Shown here: piece by piece, positions 1 through 8,501 of the stretch
Layout: each line of letters begins with the position of its first letter
How positions within the stretch are numbered: position 1 is the stretch's first letter
Origin: Deltaproteobacteria bacterium
Lineage (GTDB): Bacteria; Myxococcota_A; UBA9160; SMWR01
Reading direction: 5' to 3'
Assembly: GCA_032128115.1 (NCBI GenBank)
Contig: JAQBHB010000018.1
Coordinates: 27,136-91,135, forward strand
DNA: 64,000 nucleotides
Program-made: the position numbers and the translations under genes
The notes under the pieces: generated by a model
Database searches by the model: none
Seen by the model: only the letters and a program-made list of their open reading frames with translations
What the model was told of the DNA's origin: nothing

Positions 1-489
1 GACGTTGCGGTCGACCCCGCATTGGGGACACAGACCGATACACTCTTCTCGACACAGGGGCACCACCGGAAGTCCCAGCGACACCACCTCCGCGAAAAAC
101 GCGTCCAGCTGGAGCGTGTGGCCCCGGTACCAGCCCGACTCGAGTTCTTCTCCGAGACACAGCCCGTCTCGCGCCAGCGCGACGTTGGCTTCCGGCTCCA
201 GCGGCGAACGGCCGCCGGCGGGCTCGAGAACCAATCGGAAACTCTCGCGGAGCCCGTGACGATAGCGCGCGAGACACCGCCCGCATTCGAGTTCGATTGC
301 GCCCCGGGCGTTTCCCTCGACGAACAGGTTCTCCGCCATCTGGTGGGCCTCGCCCTCGAACCGAAACGGCTCGGCCAGTTCCAGGGGCAGATCCCGGGAC
401 TTCGCAATCACGGCCGCCCACCAGGCCGAGTCGCCCTGGAAGGCGAAGGGTGCGGGGTCGGCGTTGATCTGATCGACCAGCAGCTTCAT
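1..489 (-). CDS. yceD: DUF177/YceD family protein (runs off the window edge)
   Basis: Not in the ORF track. The minus strand reads MKLLVDQINADPAPFAFQG...LQLDAFFAEVVSLGLPVVPLCREECIGLCPQCGVDRN, the C-terminal PLC-x3-C-x-GLC-x2-CG motif of DUF177. Divergent from gltX. Confidence 0.9.
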   Translation of the reverse strand, partial: MKLLVDQINADPAPFAFQGDSAWWAAVIAKSRDLPLELAEPFRFEGEAHQMAENLFVEGNARGAIELECGRCLARYRHGLRESFRLVLEPAGGRSPLEPEANVALARDGLCLGEELESGWYRGHTLQLDAFFAEVVSLGLPVVPLCREECIGLCPQCGVDRNV

Positions 490-690
490 GGCGTGGGGCT
501 TCCGGGTTCCGGCCGGCGCTTTGAGAAGGCCTGCAAAATCAGGAGCTTATGAAACCCGAATAGCAGAGCCTGACGCCCCGGGCAACACGCGGGGGACCCG
601 CTCCCCCTGCGGGGGCACTAGCGCCCTCCTCCGGTTCCGCCCCCGGGGCACCTCAGGCAGGACCGCATAGATCCACTACTTTCCCGCGCG

Positions 691-2097
691 ATGTCCGTCC
701 GCACCCGCTTCGCGCCCAGCCCCAGCGGCTTCCTGCACGTGGGCTCGGCCCGCACGGCCCTGTTCAACTGGGCCTTCGCGAGGCGCCATGGAGGCGCGTT
801 GGTATTGCGCATCGAGGACACGGATCGAGAGCGCTCCACCCGGGAGTCGGAGCAGGGCATCGTCGACGGCCTCGGCTGGCTGGGCATCGACTGGGACGAG
901 GGCCCCCTGCGCCAGAGCGAGCGTCGCGCGTGCCACGACGACGCCATCGAGGACCTGCTTGCGCGCGAGCGCGCCTATCGTTGCCGTTGCACGCCCGACG
1001 AACTCGAGGAGCGCAAGCGGGCCACCATCGCGCGCGGCGAAAAGTGGACCTACGACGGCCGCTGTCGCGACCTGGGGCTGGGCTCCGACTGTGGCTCCCA
1101 CAGCGTGCGACTGCGCCTGCCCGAAGAGGGCCAGCTCGCGTGGGACGACGCGGTCTTTGGCGCGAGCGGCCAGGACGCCCGCGAGATCGGCGACCGCATC
1201 ATCCGCCGCAGCGACGGCGCGCCCCTGTATCACCTGGCCGTGGTGGTGGACGATCTGGACATGCAGATCAGCCACGTGATCCGTGGCGCCGACCATCACG
1301 CCAACACCCCGTTCCAGATCGCCATCTACCGGGCCCTGGAACGCGATCCCCCCCTGTTCGCCCACGTCCCGTTGATCGTGGGCCCGGGCGGCAAGAAGCT
1401 CTCCAAGCGCAAGGACCCGGTTTCCGTCGAGCAGTTCCGCGACGAGGGCTACCTGCCCGCTGCCATGACCAACTGGCTCGTGCGCATCGGCTGGTCCCAC
1501 GGCGACCAGGAAGTGTTCTCGATGCAGGAGATCCGCGAGCTGTTCGATCTCGGCTCCGTGAACCGCGCCAGCGCCCAGGCCGATCCGGCGAAACTCTCGT
1601 CGCTGAATCACCACACCATCGGGGCGCTGCCCCGGGACGAACTGGTGGCGCGATTGCTTCCGTTCCTTGCGGCTCTGGCGGGGCGAACGGTAATGCCCTC
1701 CCCAGAGCTCTTGACGCTCGTGGATCTGTTGCGCGAGCGCAGCAAGACGCTGGTGGAAATGGCCGATCACGCCCGCTTCCTGGTGCTTGACGAGATCCCC
1801 TACGAGGAGAAGGCGGCCCGCAAGCACCTCGGCAAGACCGTCGAGCCCCTGCTGCGAGAGATGCACGACGGTCTGGCGGCCCTGAAAGCCTGGAACGAGG
1901 AAACGATCTCCGCGGTCTTCGAGGAGGTGCGGGCCCGGCACGGGGACCTGGGAATGGGCAAGCTCGCCCAGCCGATCCGGGTCGCCATCACCGGGCGGGC
2001 CGTTTCGCCGGGGATCTTCGAGACCCTGACGGTTCTGGGCAAGACCCGTTCCGTGGGCCGGATCGCCGAGGCCCTGCACTACGTGCGCCACGGTTGA
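691..2097 (+). CDS. gltX: Glutamate--tRNA ligase
   Basis: RTRFAPSPSGFLHVG (HIGH), LRIEDTDRERS, KKLSKR (KMSKS) and a C-terminal anticodon-binding domain. Confidence 0.97.
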   Translation: MSVRTRFAPSPSGFLHVGSARTALFNWAFARRHGGALVLRIEDTDRERSTRESEQGIVDGLGWLGIDWDEGPLRQSERRACHDDAIEDLLARERAYRCRCTPDELEERKRATIARGEKWTYDGRCRDLGLGSDCGSHSVRLRLPEEGQLAWDDAVFGASGQDAREIGDRIIRRSDGAPLYHLAVVVDDLDMQISHVIRGADHHANTPFQIAIYRALERDPPLFAHVPLIVGPGGKKLSKRKDPVSVEQFRDEGYLPAAMTNWLVRIGWSHGDQEVFSMQEIRELFDLGSVNRASAQADPAKLSSLNHHTIGALPRDELVARLLPFLAALAGRTVMPSPELLTLVDLLRERSKTLVEMADHARFLVLDEIPYEEKAARKHLGKTVEPLLREMHDGLAALKAWNEETISAVFEEVRARHGDLGMGKLAQPIRVAITGRAVSPGIFETLTVLGKTRSVGRIAEALHYVRHG

Positions 2098-2154
2098 GGA
2101 AGGGGCTGACGTCCGTTATAGAGGTGGACAGCTCGCGGCCCGACCGCACTGCAC

Positions 2155-2228
2155 TCCCTGGTCGTCTAACGGCAGGACAGCGGACTCTGAATCCGTGAAT
2201 GGAGGTTCGAATCCTCCCCGGGGATCCA
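2155..2228 (+). tRNA. tRNA-Gln(CTG)
   Basis: Acceptor stem TCCCTGG/CCGGGGA, anticodon arm GCGGA-CTCTGAA-TCCGT, GGAGG-TTCGAAT-CCTCC T-arm, encoded CCA. Confidence 0.96.
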
Positions 2229-2256
2229 ATCTACCCACCTGGCTCCAGTCGAGTTC

Positions 2257-2988
2257 CTAGCTGTTCTCGAGTTCTTCGTCGATCATCTTCTTGAAGGCAT
2301 CGTAGGGCTGGGCGCCCGAGAAGAAGCGACCGTTGATGAAGAAGCCGGGGGTCCCGCTGACGCCCAGGCGGCGGGCCTCTTCCATGTCCTGGGCCACCCG
2401 CGCCTTCACTGCCGCCGAGGCGGCGTCCGCCCGGTAGCGGTCCATGTCGAGCCCCATCTCCTCGGCGTACTCCTCGAACTTGGCCGTCTCGAGCTCTCGC
2501 TGGTTGGCGAAGATCGCGTCGTGCATTTCCCAGAATTTGCCCTGCCTGTGAGCCGCTTCCGAGGCCGCGTGGGCCGCCGGCGCCTTGGGGTGGATGCTGA
2601 GCGGAAGATGCTTGAAGACGATGCGCACCTGGTCGCCGTAGGTCTGTTCGATCTGGTCCAGGGTGGGCGAGACGCGTCCGCAGAAGGGGCATTGGAAGTC
2701 GCTGAACTCCACGATCGAAACCGCGGCCGATTCCGGCCCACGGACGGGAGAGCCCGCGGTGCTCACCTCGTAGCGCTTGGCAGGGTCCGGACGTCCAGTG
2801 GGAGCCGCAGCGGGCCGACTGGGCTGGCGGCCCGCCTCGGGGTTGATACCGGCCAGCACCGTCCGCACCGACTCGATTTCGGTGGCCGCCCGATTGACCG
2901 AGTTCGTGATCAGCAGACTCCCGCCAACGAAGCAGGCACCGAGAATGGAAGCCGCAACCACGAGCAGGACACCCGTTCTGTCATCCAA
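2257..2988 (-). CDS. Membrane-anchored DsbA-family thiol-disulfide oxidoreductase
   Basis: EFSDFQCPFC active site, FKHLPL, GVSGTPGFFING cis-Pro loop and an N-terminal TM. Probable TTG start after a GAGGT RBS; the longer ORF-track start is a shadow extension. Confidence 0.9.
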   Translation of the reverse strand: MDDRTGVLLVVAASILGACFVGGSLLITNSVNRAATEIESVRTVLAGINPEAGRQPSRPAAAPTGRPDPAKRYEVSTAGSPVRGPESAAVSIVEFSDFQCPFCGRVSPTLDQIEQTYGDQVRIVFKHLPLSIHPKAPAAHAASEAAHRQGKFWEMHDAIFANQRELETAKFEEYAEEMGLDMDRYRADAASAAVKARVAQDMEEARRLGVSGTPGFFINGRFFSGAQPYDAFKKMIDEELENS

Positions 2989-3011
2989 GATCCGTACCTC
3001 CGATTTCGAGT

Positions 3012-3893
3012 TCAGAAGGGTAACGCGGTATGGGGCGGAGCGAGAACCACCAGGATCGCCCCCAGCGCGATGGCCGGGCCGAATCCGAAGGGGGCGTTCC
3101 AGTGGCGCGTGACAGCCGCCCAGCCCACCCCGAGCACCAGGCCGGCCAGAGAGGCGGTCAGGATGGTCTCCAGCGCGCCCAGGGGACCCAGCACGGCGCC
3201 GATCATGGCCAGCAACTTCACGTCGCCGAAGCCCACCCCGGGAAACCAGGTCCAGTAATCCAGGCTGCCAGGGACGGGCATCGCCTCGCCCTCGCCGGGC
3301 CAGTGCTCGAATCGCCGCCCCGCAGCCGTGGAGACCCGGGCGTGGACGAATCCCACCGTCCAGATCAAGCCCCCGCCCACCAGGGCGCCGCCGACGGCGT
3401 GCAGCACGGCGCTGGCCAGGGGCGTCCCGGTCAGGGTCTGTACGGCCGGAACGATGACCGCCGCCAGGGCGAGCCCTCCCACGGAGATCTCGTCGGGGAT
3501 GATGCGGTGATCGAAGTCGATGGCCGCGGCGGCCACCAGGGCCGCAGTGAAAGCAAACCACACCGGAGTCATGGCGGTCGCGCCGTAGCGGAGCGCGATG
3601 CCCAGGAACAACAGGCCCGTCAGCAGCTCGATGGCCGGATAGCGCAGCGAGATCCGGGCACGGCAGTGGCGGCAGCGGCCGCGCAGCCACAGATACGAGA
3701 GCACCGGAACGTTGTCCCAGGGCGCCACCGCGTGCTGGCAATGCGGGCAGTGGGATCCGGGCCGGACCAGGGATTCGCCCCGGGGTAGCCGGTGGATCAC
3801 CACGTTCAGGAACGAGCCCGTCACCAGCCCAAACGCAAACGCCAACGCCAGCGCGCCCGGGAAGCCGGGCGGTAGATCGGAGATTGCGGGCAT
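3012..3893 (-). CDS. pilD: Prepilin peptidase/N-methyltransferase
   Basis: GSFLNVVIHRLP, CxxC...CxxC zinc motif, GFGDVKLLA, PFGFGPAI. Confidence 0.95.
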   Translation of the reverse strand: MPAISDLPPGFPGALALAFAFGLVTGSFLNVVIHRLPRGESLVRPGSHCPHCQHAVAPWDNVPVLSYLWLRGRCRHCRARISLRYPAIELLTGLLFLGIALRYGATAMTPVWFAFTAALVAAAAIDFDHRIIPDEISVGGLALAAVIVPAVQTLTGTPLASAVLHAVGGALVGGGLIWTVGFVHARVSTAAGRRFEHWPGEGEAMPVPGSLDYWTWFPGVGFGDVKLLAMIGAVLGPLGALETILTASLAGLVLGVGWAAVTRHWNAPFGFGPAIALGAILVVLAPPHTALPF

Positions 3894-3926
3894 CGATGAC
3901 GAGGGTAGCAGTCGCGGCGTTGCGAC

Positions 3927-4703
3927 TCAGCGGAAGTCGCGACGTTCGAAGAGGAGGACCGCACCCACCAGCAGGATCGAGACGTAGCCCACGCCGTACA
4001 CCAGCGGAAGAACGACGTCGGACGCCGTGACCGGCAGTCCGTGGGCCGCTTCCACGGTCAGGTTGAAGCTCTCCAGGTCGGGCAGCACGCGATGCAGGGC
4101 CGCCGTCGCGTTCTTGATCGACGGGAGGTCCGAGTTGGCCCCGATGTCGCGCAGAGCGCGGGTCAGATGGCCCACGAACCACACGCCGGCGGAAAAGAAC
4201 GACGCCAGCATGGGCGTGGTGAATGCCGAGAAGAGCGTGGCCACCGCCACCACCAGGGCCAGCTCGACGGCAATCAGCAGGAAGGCGGCGGCGTGGGCGA
4301 CGGTCAGTGGCGCCCCCGTGGCCAGAGAGACCAGCACGAAAGCTGCGATCATGATGGCGGCCTGCAACCAGATGGTGAGCACCAGCCCCACGTACTTGCC
4401 CAGCAGGAACTCCACACGCGACAGGGGCTTCGACAAGATGGTGTAGACGGTACGGCGGTCCACCTCCTTGTGGATCAGGTTCACCCCCACGAAGATCGCG
4501 ATGGCCACGCCGAACAGGCGCACCGACGCGAGCCCCACGTCCTGGAGGATGCGCTCGCTCTCCACGTACGAGAGCGACGAAAGCAACACGCCCGCCAGGA
4601 TCAGGCCCACGGCGAACAGGAGCAACACGTACAGGAGCTTGTTGCGGATCGCCTCGCGCACGGTGTTGCTGGCAATGGTCCAGATGCGGAGGGCGGCCCT
4701 CAT
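3927..4703 (-). CDS. pilI: ABC transporter permease (PilI-like)
   Basis: Six-TM ABC-2-type permease (EVDRRTVYTILSKPLSR...LLGKY, FERRDF). Lies between the ABC ATPase and pilD, as in the myxobacterial pilGHID cluster. Confidence 0.8.
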   Translation of the reverse strand: MRAALRIWTIASNTVREAIRNKLLYVLLLFAVGLILAGVLLSSLSYVESERILQDVGLASVRLFGVAIAIFVGVNLIHKEVDRRTVYTILSKPLSRVEFLLGKYVGLVLTIWLQAAIMIAAFVLVSLATGAPLTVAHAAAFLLIAVELALVVAVATLFSAFTTPMLASFFSAGVWFVGHLTRALRDIGANSDLPSIKNATAALHRVLPDLESFNLTVEAAHGLPVTASDVVLPLVYGVGYVSILLVGAVLLFERRDFR

Positions 4704-5659
4704 CGCACGTCCTCCGTCTCGGCGCTCTTTGCGACCGCCGACAGGAAGATCGACTCCAGGGAGACCCGGTGCGGCGTTACCGAGAGCACCTGGGCGTTGG
4801 CGTCCAGTGCCGTGCGCAGCACGCCGGTCACGTCCTTCTCGTTCACCCGAAGCTCGATGCGGTCCCCGTGGCCGCGCAGGTTGGCCCCCAGACGCTCCTC
4901 CAGGTTCGCGGCTGCCTCTGCCGGAAGCCCCGCCACGACTACGTCCACCTCGCGTTCATCGCCCTCCAGGAAGTCTTCGATGGCCCCCTCGTAGGTGATG
5001 CGCCCGGCCACGATGATGGCCACCCGGTCGCACACCATTTCCACGTCCGAGAGGATGTGGGTGTTCATGAAGACCGTCTTGCCCTCGCCGCGCAGGCGCA
5101 AGATCACGTCGCGGATGTCCTTGCGACCGATGGGGTCGAGTCCGCTCATGGGCTCGTCCAGGAACACAACGCGCGGATCGTGCACCAGGGCCTGGGCGAT
5201 CCCGACCCGCTGGAGCATGCCCTTGGAGTAGGTGCAAAGGCGGGCGTCGGCCGCGTGGCCGAGACCCACCCAGTCGAGCAGCATGTCCACGCGCTCCGCG
5301 CGGTGCGACCCCATCAGACCGGAGAGCTTGGCGTAGAAGCCCAGGATCTCGCGTCCGGTGAGGTAATCGTAGAAATAGGGGTTCTCGGGCAGAAAACCGA
5401 TGTGGCGGCGAAACTCCCGTTCGCGCACGCCGCAGCCCAGGATGCGGGCCTCGCCCGCGCTGGCGCGGATCAATCCCATCAGCACCTTGAGGGTGGTGGT
5501 CTTGCCGGCGCCGTTCGGCCCCACGAATCCGAAGATCTCGCCCTCGCGGACGTTGAACGTGATGCCGTGGAGCACCCGCTTCTTGCGCAGCCCGAAGCCG
5601 GGCCGGAAGTCCTTCACGACTCCCTCGACCTGAACGATCGTCTGCGATGCCGGACTCAT
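4700..5659 (-). CDS. pilH: ABC transporter ATP-binding protein (PilH-like)
   Basis: [17 protein letters not shown] signature, [15 protein letters not shown] overlaps with both neighbours. Confidence 0.85.
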   Translation of the reverse strand: MSPASQTIVQVEGVVKDFRPGFGLRKKRVLHGITFNVREGEIFGFVGPNGAGKTTTLKVLMGLIRASAGEARILGCGVREREFRRHIGFLPENPYFYDYLTGREILGFYAKLSGLMGSHRAERVDMLLDWVGLGHAADARLCTYSKGMLQRVGIAQALVHDPRVVFLDEPMSGLDPIGRKDIRDVILRLRGEGKTVFMNTHILSDVEMVCDRVAIIVAGRITYEGAIEDFLEGDEREVDVVVAGLPAEAAANLEERLGANLRGHGDRIELRVNEKDVTGVLRTALDANAQVLSVTPHRVSLESIFLSAVAKSAETEDVR

Positions 5660-6621
5660 CCCTCGGCCCTCGTTTGCCACGCCCGCAGCGATCTCCAGCG
5701 CTCTCGACGACTCTGATCGGCAGGATGGGCGTGCAACTGATACCGCTTGCGGTAGAAAGACGAGACGATCTCGAGGCTCTGCTCGTCCAGTTGCCAGCGG
5801 AAGCCGTCCAGCAGCGGATGGGCGCGGGGCAGAACCGCCAGAACCGGCTCCGGGCCGGCCACCAGATCCTCCACCCGCTCGATGTCGCGCCCGTGGCGCT
5901 CTATGTACTCGTCCCGGGCCTGGTCCAGGAAGCGCGCGGCGCGCTCCACCTGGATCTCGTCCAGGCTCTTCTCGTATTCGGCCCGCTTGTACTCATCCTC
6001 GGTGGTGCCGGCCAGCTCCGCCAGGAAGGCGGCCGCAGTCTCCAGACCGACCTGGTCGAGGCGCATTCGGGCCACCAGCGGGCCCAGGTAGGCCGGGCTG
6101 CGCGGCAGGGGAATGGCCTCCTCCAGCACGTCCGCGGCCCGCTCGTTCTCGCCCAGGTAGAAGAAGTGGTTGAAGCCCAGGTGGTAGCGATTGCGCCAGT
6201 CCATGGGGTGATGCGCGATCCCCCGCACCAGCAGGCGGTTGGCAGCGCGCACGTTCTCCTCGCTGTCGGTGAGCCACAGCGCAGCGAAGCGGTAGGGATG
6301 GTCGACCCACGGGTCGACGCTGGTCACCACGTCGATGAGGCGCGCCACCTGTCGACTGGGCAGATCTTCCCCGCCCATGGCACCGCCCACGAGTTGAACG
6401 GCGAGAAGCCAGTAGTAGTAGTCGGCGACAACCGCCTCGAATCCCAGGGCCGCGAGCCGCGCGTGTTCCGGGTCGGGAATGAAGCGCTCCCCCCACTCCG
6501 AGGCGATGGGGGCGGTGGTGTCCATCTGCGCGTGGACGAATCCGGTGGTCGCGATGGCGAGCATCGCGACGATCAGGCGTCCCCACGCCTGGGTGCTGAT
6601 CTCCCTCCGCCGGCTGGACAC
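5656..6621 (-). CDS. PilG-like (myxobacterial type) membrane-anchored TPR-like protein
   Basis: N-terminal TM, ADYYWL motif, helical repeats (YHLGFNHFFYL). Lies between the pilins and the pilH-like ATPase. Confidence 0.65.
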   Translation of the reverse strand: MSSRRREISTQAWGRLIVAMLAIATTGFVHAQMDTTAPIASEWGERFIPDPEHARLAALGFEAVVADYYYWLLAVQLVGGAMGGEDLPSRQVARLIDVVTSVDPWVDHPYRFAALWLTDSEENVRAANRLLVRGIAHHPMDWRNRYHLGFNHFFYLGENERAADVLEEAIPLPRSPAYLGPLVARMRLDQVGLETAAAFLAELAGTTEDEYKRAEYEKSLDEIQVERAARFLDQARDEYIERHGRDIERVEDLVAGPEPVLAVLPRAHPLLDGFRWQLDEQSLEIVSSFYRKRYQLHAHPADQSRRERWRSLRAWQTRAEG

Positions 6622-6633
6622 GGGATCTTCCGA

Positions 6634-7239
6634 TCAGAACTCGTCAGTGCCGAAGTTGATGGCGACTTCGTTGTAGACGGGCTGGAGCGACTTTCGGTCG
6701 AGCGGCGGCTGGGTGTTGAGCACCGAGGGGCACTCACCCAGAACCACGCCGCCATCGCTTCGAGCGGGCTCCACGTACATCACTTCCGAGCCCAGGCCGT
6801 CGCCGTCCACATCGCCCACGGCACTCACGGTAAAGCACTCAGAGGTGGCCGGATCGGCGCCACAGACCGCATCGCAGGCCTCGGCGGTTCCCGTGTTGAT
6901 CCCGTAGGCGTAGAAGACCTCCCCCATGGGAATCCAGCCCAGGTCGCTGAAGGCGGTCCTGGCGTCCGCGTCCCAGGGCATCTTGTGGGTGCCGAGCCCG
7001 CCATAGCTGGTCCAGTCGGGCTGGGGAAGCGGCGCTTCGACGAACACGTCCCGCTCCGCCTGAAAGCTCTTCAACGAACGAACGATCTCGGCGATGTTGG
7101 CGAAGGCCTCGGTCCGCCGCGACTTCGCCTGATAGGACTGGAAGCCGGGAACGGCGATCGCCGCCAACAGTCCGATGATCGCCACCACGATCATCAACTC
7201 GATCAGGGTGAACCCCTGTGTCCGGTTCGCACTACGCAT
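6634..7239 (-). CDS. Second type IV pilin-like protein
   Basis: Class III signal [31 protein letters not shown] motif, four Cys, GAGGAGG RBS. Confidence 0.9.
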   Translation of the reverse strand: MRSANRTQGFTLIELMIVVAIIGLLAAIAVPGFQSYQAKSRRTEAFANIAEIVRSLKSFQAERDVFVEAPLPQPDWTSYGGLGTHKMPWDADARTAFSDLGWIPMGEVFYAYGINTGTAEACDAVCGADPATSECFTVSAVGDVDGDGLGSEVMYVEPARSDGGVVLGECPSVLNTQPPLDRKSLQPVYNEVAINFGTDEF

Positions 7240-7272
7240 CCCGCTTGATCCTCCTCGCCCTGAAACGGCGGA

Positions 7273-7303
7273 GAGGAGGGCCGGCACGAGGCCGACCCTC
7301 CTC
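7273..7303 (-). terminator. Strong stem-loop downstream of pilA (attenuating or mRNA-stabilising hairpin)
   Basis: GAGGAGGGTCGGC-CTCGT-GCCGGCCCTCCTC forms a 13-bp stem with one G-U pair. There is no clear U-tract. Confidence 0.6.
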
Positions 7304-7325
7304 GAATTGCCACGAACGGCGTGAG

Positions 7326-7862
7326 CTAGAAAATGCTCCGGCCGTTGCCCGCAGCACATGCCATCACCGTCTCGGCGGCAGTCAGCTGTGCAGACGTGCA
7401 GGTGGCGGGCGAGCCGCCCAGGGACTTGCTGTCGATGGAGCCCTTGCGATAGCCCCAGAGCTGCTGGGTGCCGTCGCCGTCGATGTCGGCAGCCGCGGCA
7501 GCGTTGAAGGTAGCGCCACTGACGTTGACGGCGTAGTTGAAGTACACCCGGCCTTCGGGCGACCAGCCGATCAGGTCGAAGCCCTGATTGGCACCGTCCA
7601 CGTTCGTGAACCCGACCTTGACGTTCTTGCCGTTGGCGGCCGGCGACGCGTTGGCCGAGACGTAGGTCCCGAACTCCGCGAACACCGACTCTTCAGCGGT
7701 GCGGATGGCGGCGAGGTTGGTCTTGCCCTCGCTGGTCTTGGCCTTGAGCTGGAACTTCAGAAAGTTCGGAATCGCGATTGCCGCGAGAATTCCGATGATG
7801 GCGACCACGATCATCAACTCGATGAGCGTAAAGCCGCCACGGCGCTTGATGAGCCTTTTCAC
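7326..7862 (-). CDS. pilA: Type IVa major pilin
   Basis: GTG start after [46 protein letters not shown] motif, C-terminal Cys pair, sigma-54 promoter upstream. Confidence 0.92.
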   Translation of the reverse strand: MKRLIKRRGGFTLIELMIVVAIIGILAAIAIPNFLKFQLKAKTSEGKTNLAAIRTAEESVFAEFGTYVSANASPAANGKNVKVGFTNVDGANQGFDLIGWSPEGRVYFNYAVNVSGATFNAAAAADIDGDGTQQLWGYRKGSIDSKSLGGSPATCTSAQLTAAETVMACAAGNGRSIF

Positions 7863-7985
7863 GATAACTCCTCTTATCTGTATCTCGGGCGATTCGCTTT
7901 CCAGGGCCCTGAACTCCAGCAGCCCCGACTTGCCGAAAATCGGCTCAAACAAACGCACGCCCGAATTCCTGATGACCGCGCTTAG

Positions 7986-8001
7986 AGCAATGCGCGTGCC
8001 A
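7986..8001 (-). promoter_or_regulatory. Sigma-54 (-24/-12) promoter of pilA
   Basis: TGGCACGCGCATTGCT is a perfect match to TGGCACG-N4-TTGCW, about 125 bp upstream of pilA. Confidence 0.9.
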
Positions 8002-8124
8002 AACCGTGGGTTGCGCTTTCATGGATCGGCAGACACCCGGGCGAACCTGAGGCGGGAAATGCGTCCCCGGCAGCCTGCGGGCGGCCGCCCGCAACCCCGG
8101 TCGAGGGGATCCGGGGGCGGTGCA

Positions 8125-8163
8125 GTGACGAAACGCGGCGCTCCCGGTGACGAGACGCGTCAC
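8125..8163. promoter_or_regulatory. Tandem putative enhancer-binding-protein (PilR-type) sites
   Basis: GTGACGAAACGCGGCGC (8125-8141) and palindromic GTGACGAGACGCGTCAC (8147-8163), 22 bp apart, 125-160 bp upstream of the -24 box. Confidence 0.55.
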
Positions 8164-8214
8164 CCCAGGGGGGAGCTGAATCCCGGTTCCAGAGCGGATC
8201 GAGGCTGAGAGGGG

Positions 8215-8290
8215 TGGCGCTCCCAACGGGAATCGAACCCGTGTTTTGGCCTTGAGAGGGCCACGTCCTAGACCGCTAGACGATGGGAGC
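8215..8290 (-). tRNA. tRNA-Glu(CTC)
   Basis: GCTCCCA...TGGGAGC acceptor stem, TGGCC-CTCTCAA-GGCCA anticodon arm, GGTTCGATTCCC, encoded CCA. Confidence 0.96.
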
Positions 8291-8321
8291 GCACCAGACG
8301 ATGGGAGTGCGGGCCGGCCGG

Positions 8322-8350
8322 AACTTGCCGTCCGCGGGCGTCACTGTCAA
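8322..8350 (-). promoter_or_regulatory. Putative sigma-70 promoter for tRNA-Glu
   Basis: TTGACA, 17-bp spacer, CAAGTT, then a GC-rich discriminator, about 30 bp upstream of the tRNA. Confidence 0.5.
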
Positions 8351-8369
8351 CACGGTTCGCCGGCCTGTC

Positions 8370-8431
8370 GGGCTACCGATCCGGGCTACCGATCCGGGCT
8401 GGGCTGCCGATCCGGACTGGGCTGCCGATCC
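8370..8431. repeat. Four copies of GGGCT(A/G)CCGATCC
   Basis: Copies at 8370, 8383, 8401 and 8419, intergenic between tRNA-Glu and the exonuclease. Confidence 0.9.
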
Positions 8432-8501
8432 AGTCGGGACCTCGCCGGGGGCGTCCCGGCCCCCTAACCTCGCCGCGAGCGGGAACCAGCCGGAGAACCA
8501 C

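Noticed and set aside
22..552. 176-aa plus-strand ORF in the track
   Set aside because: Antisense shadow of the yceD gene, which has a recognisable motif on the minus strand.
8278..8310. tRNA fragment duplication as an att site of an integrated element
   Set aside because: It copies the tRNA 5' end only 18 bp away. No integrase, cargo or distant 3'-end repeat was seen.
8370..8431. Repeat cluster as a CRISPR array (also 25261-25323)
   Set aside because: Units are 9-18 bp with no unique spacers, and no cas genes are present.
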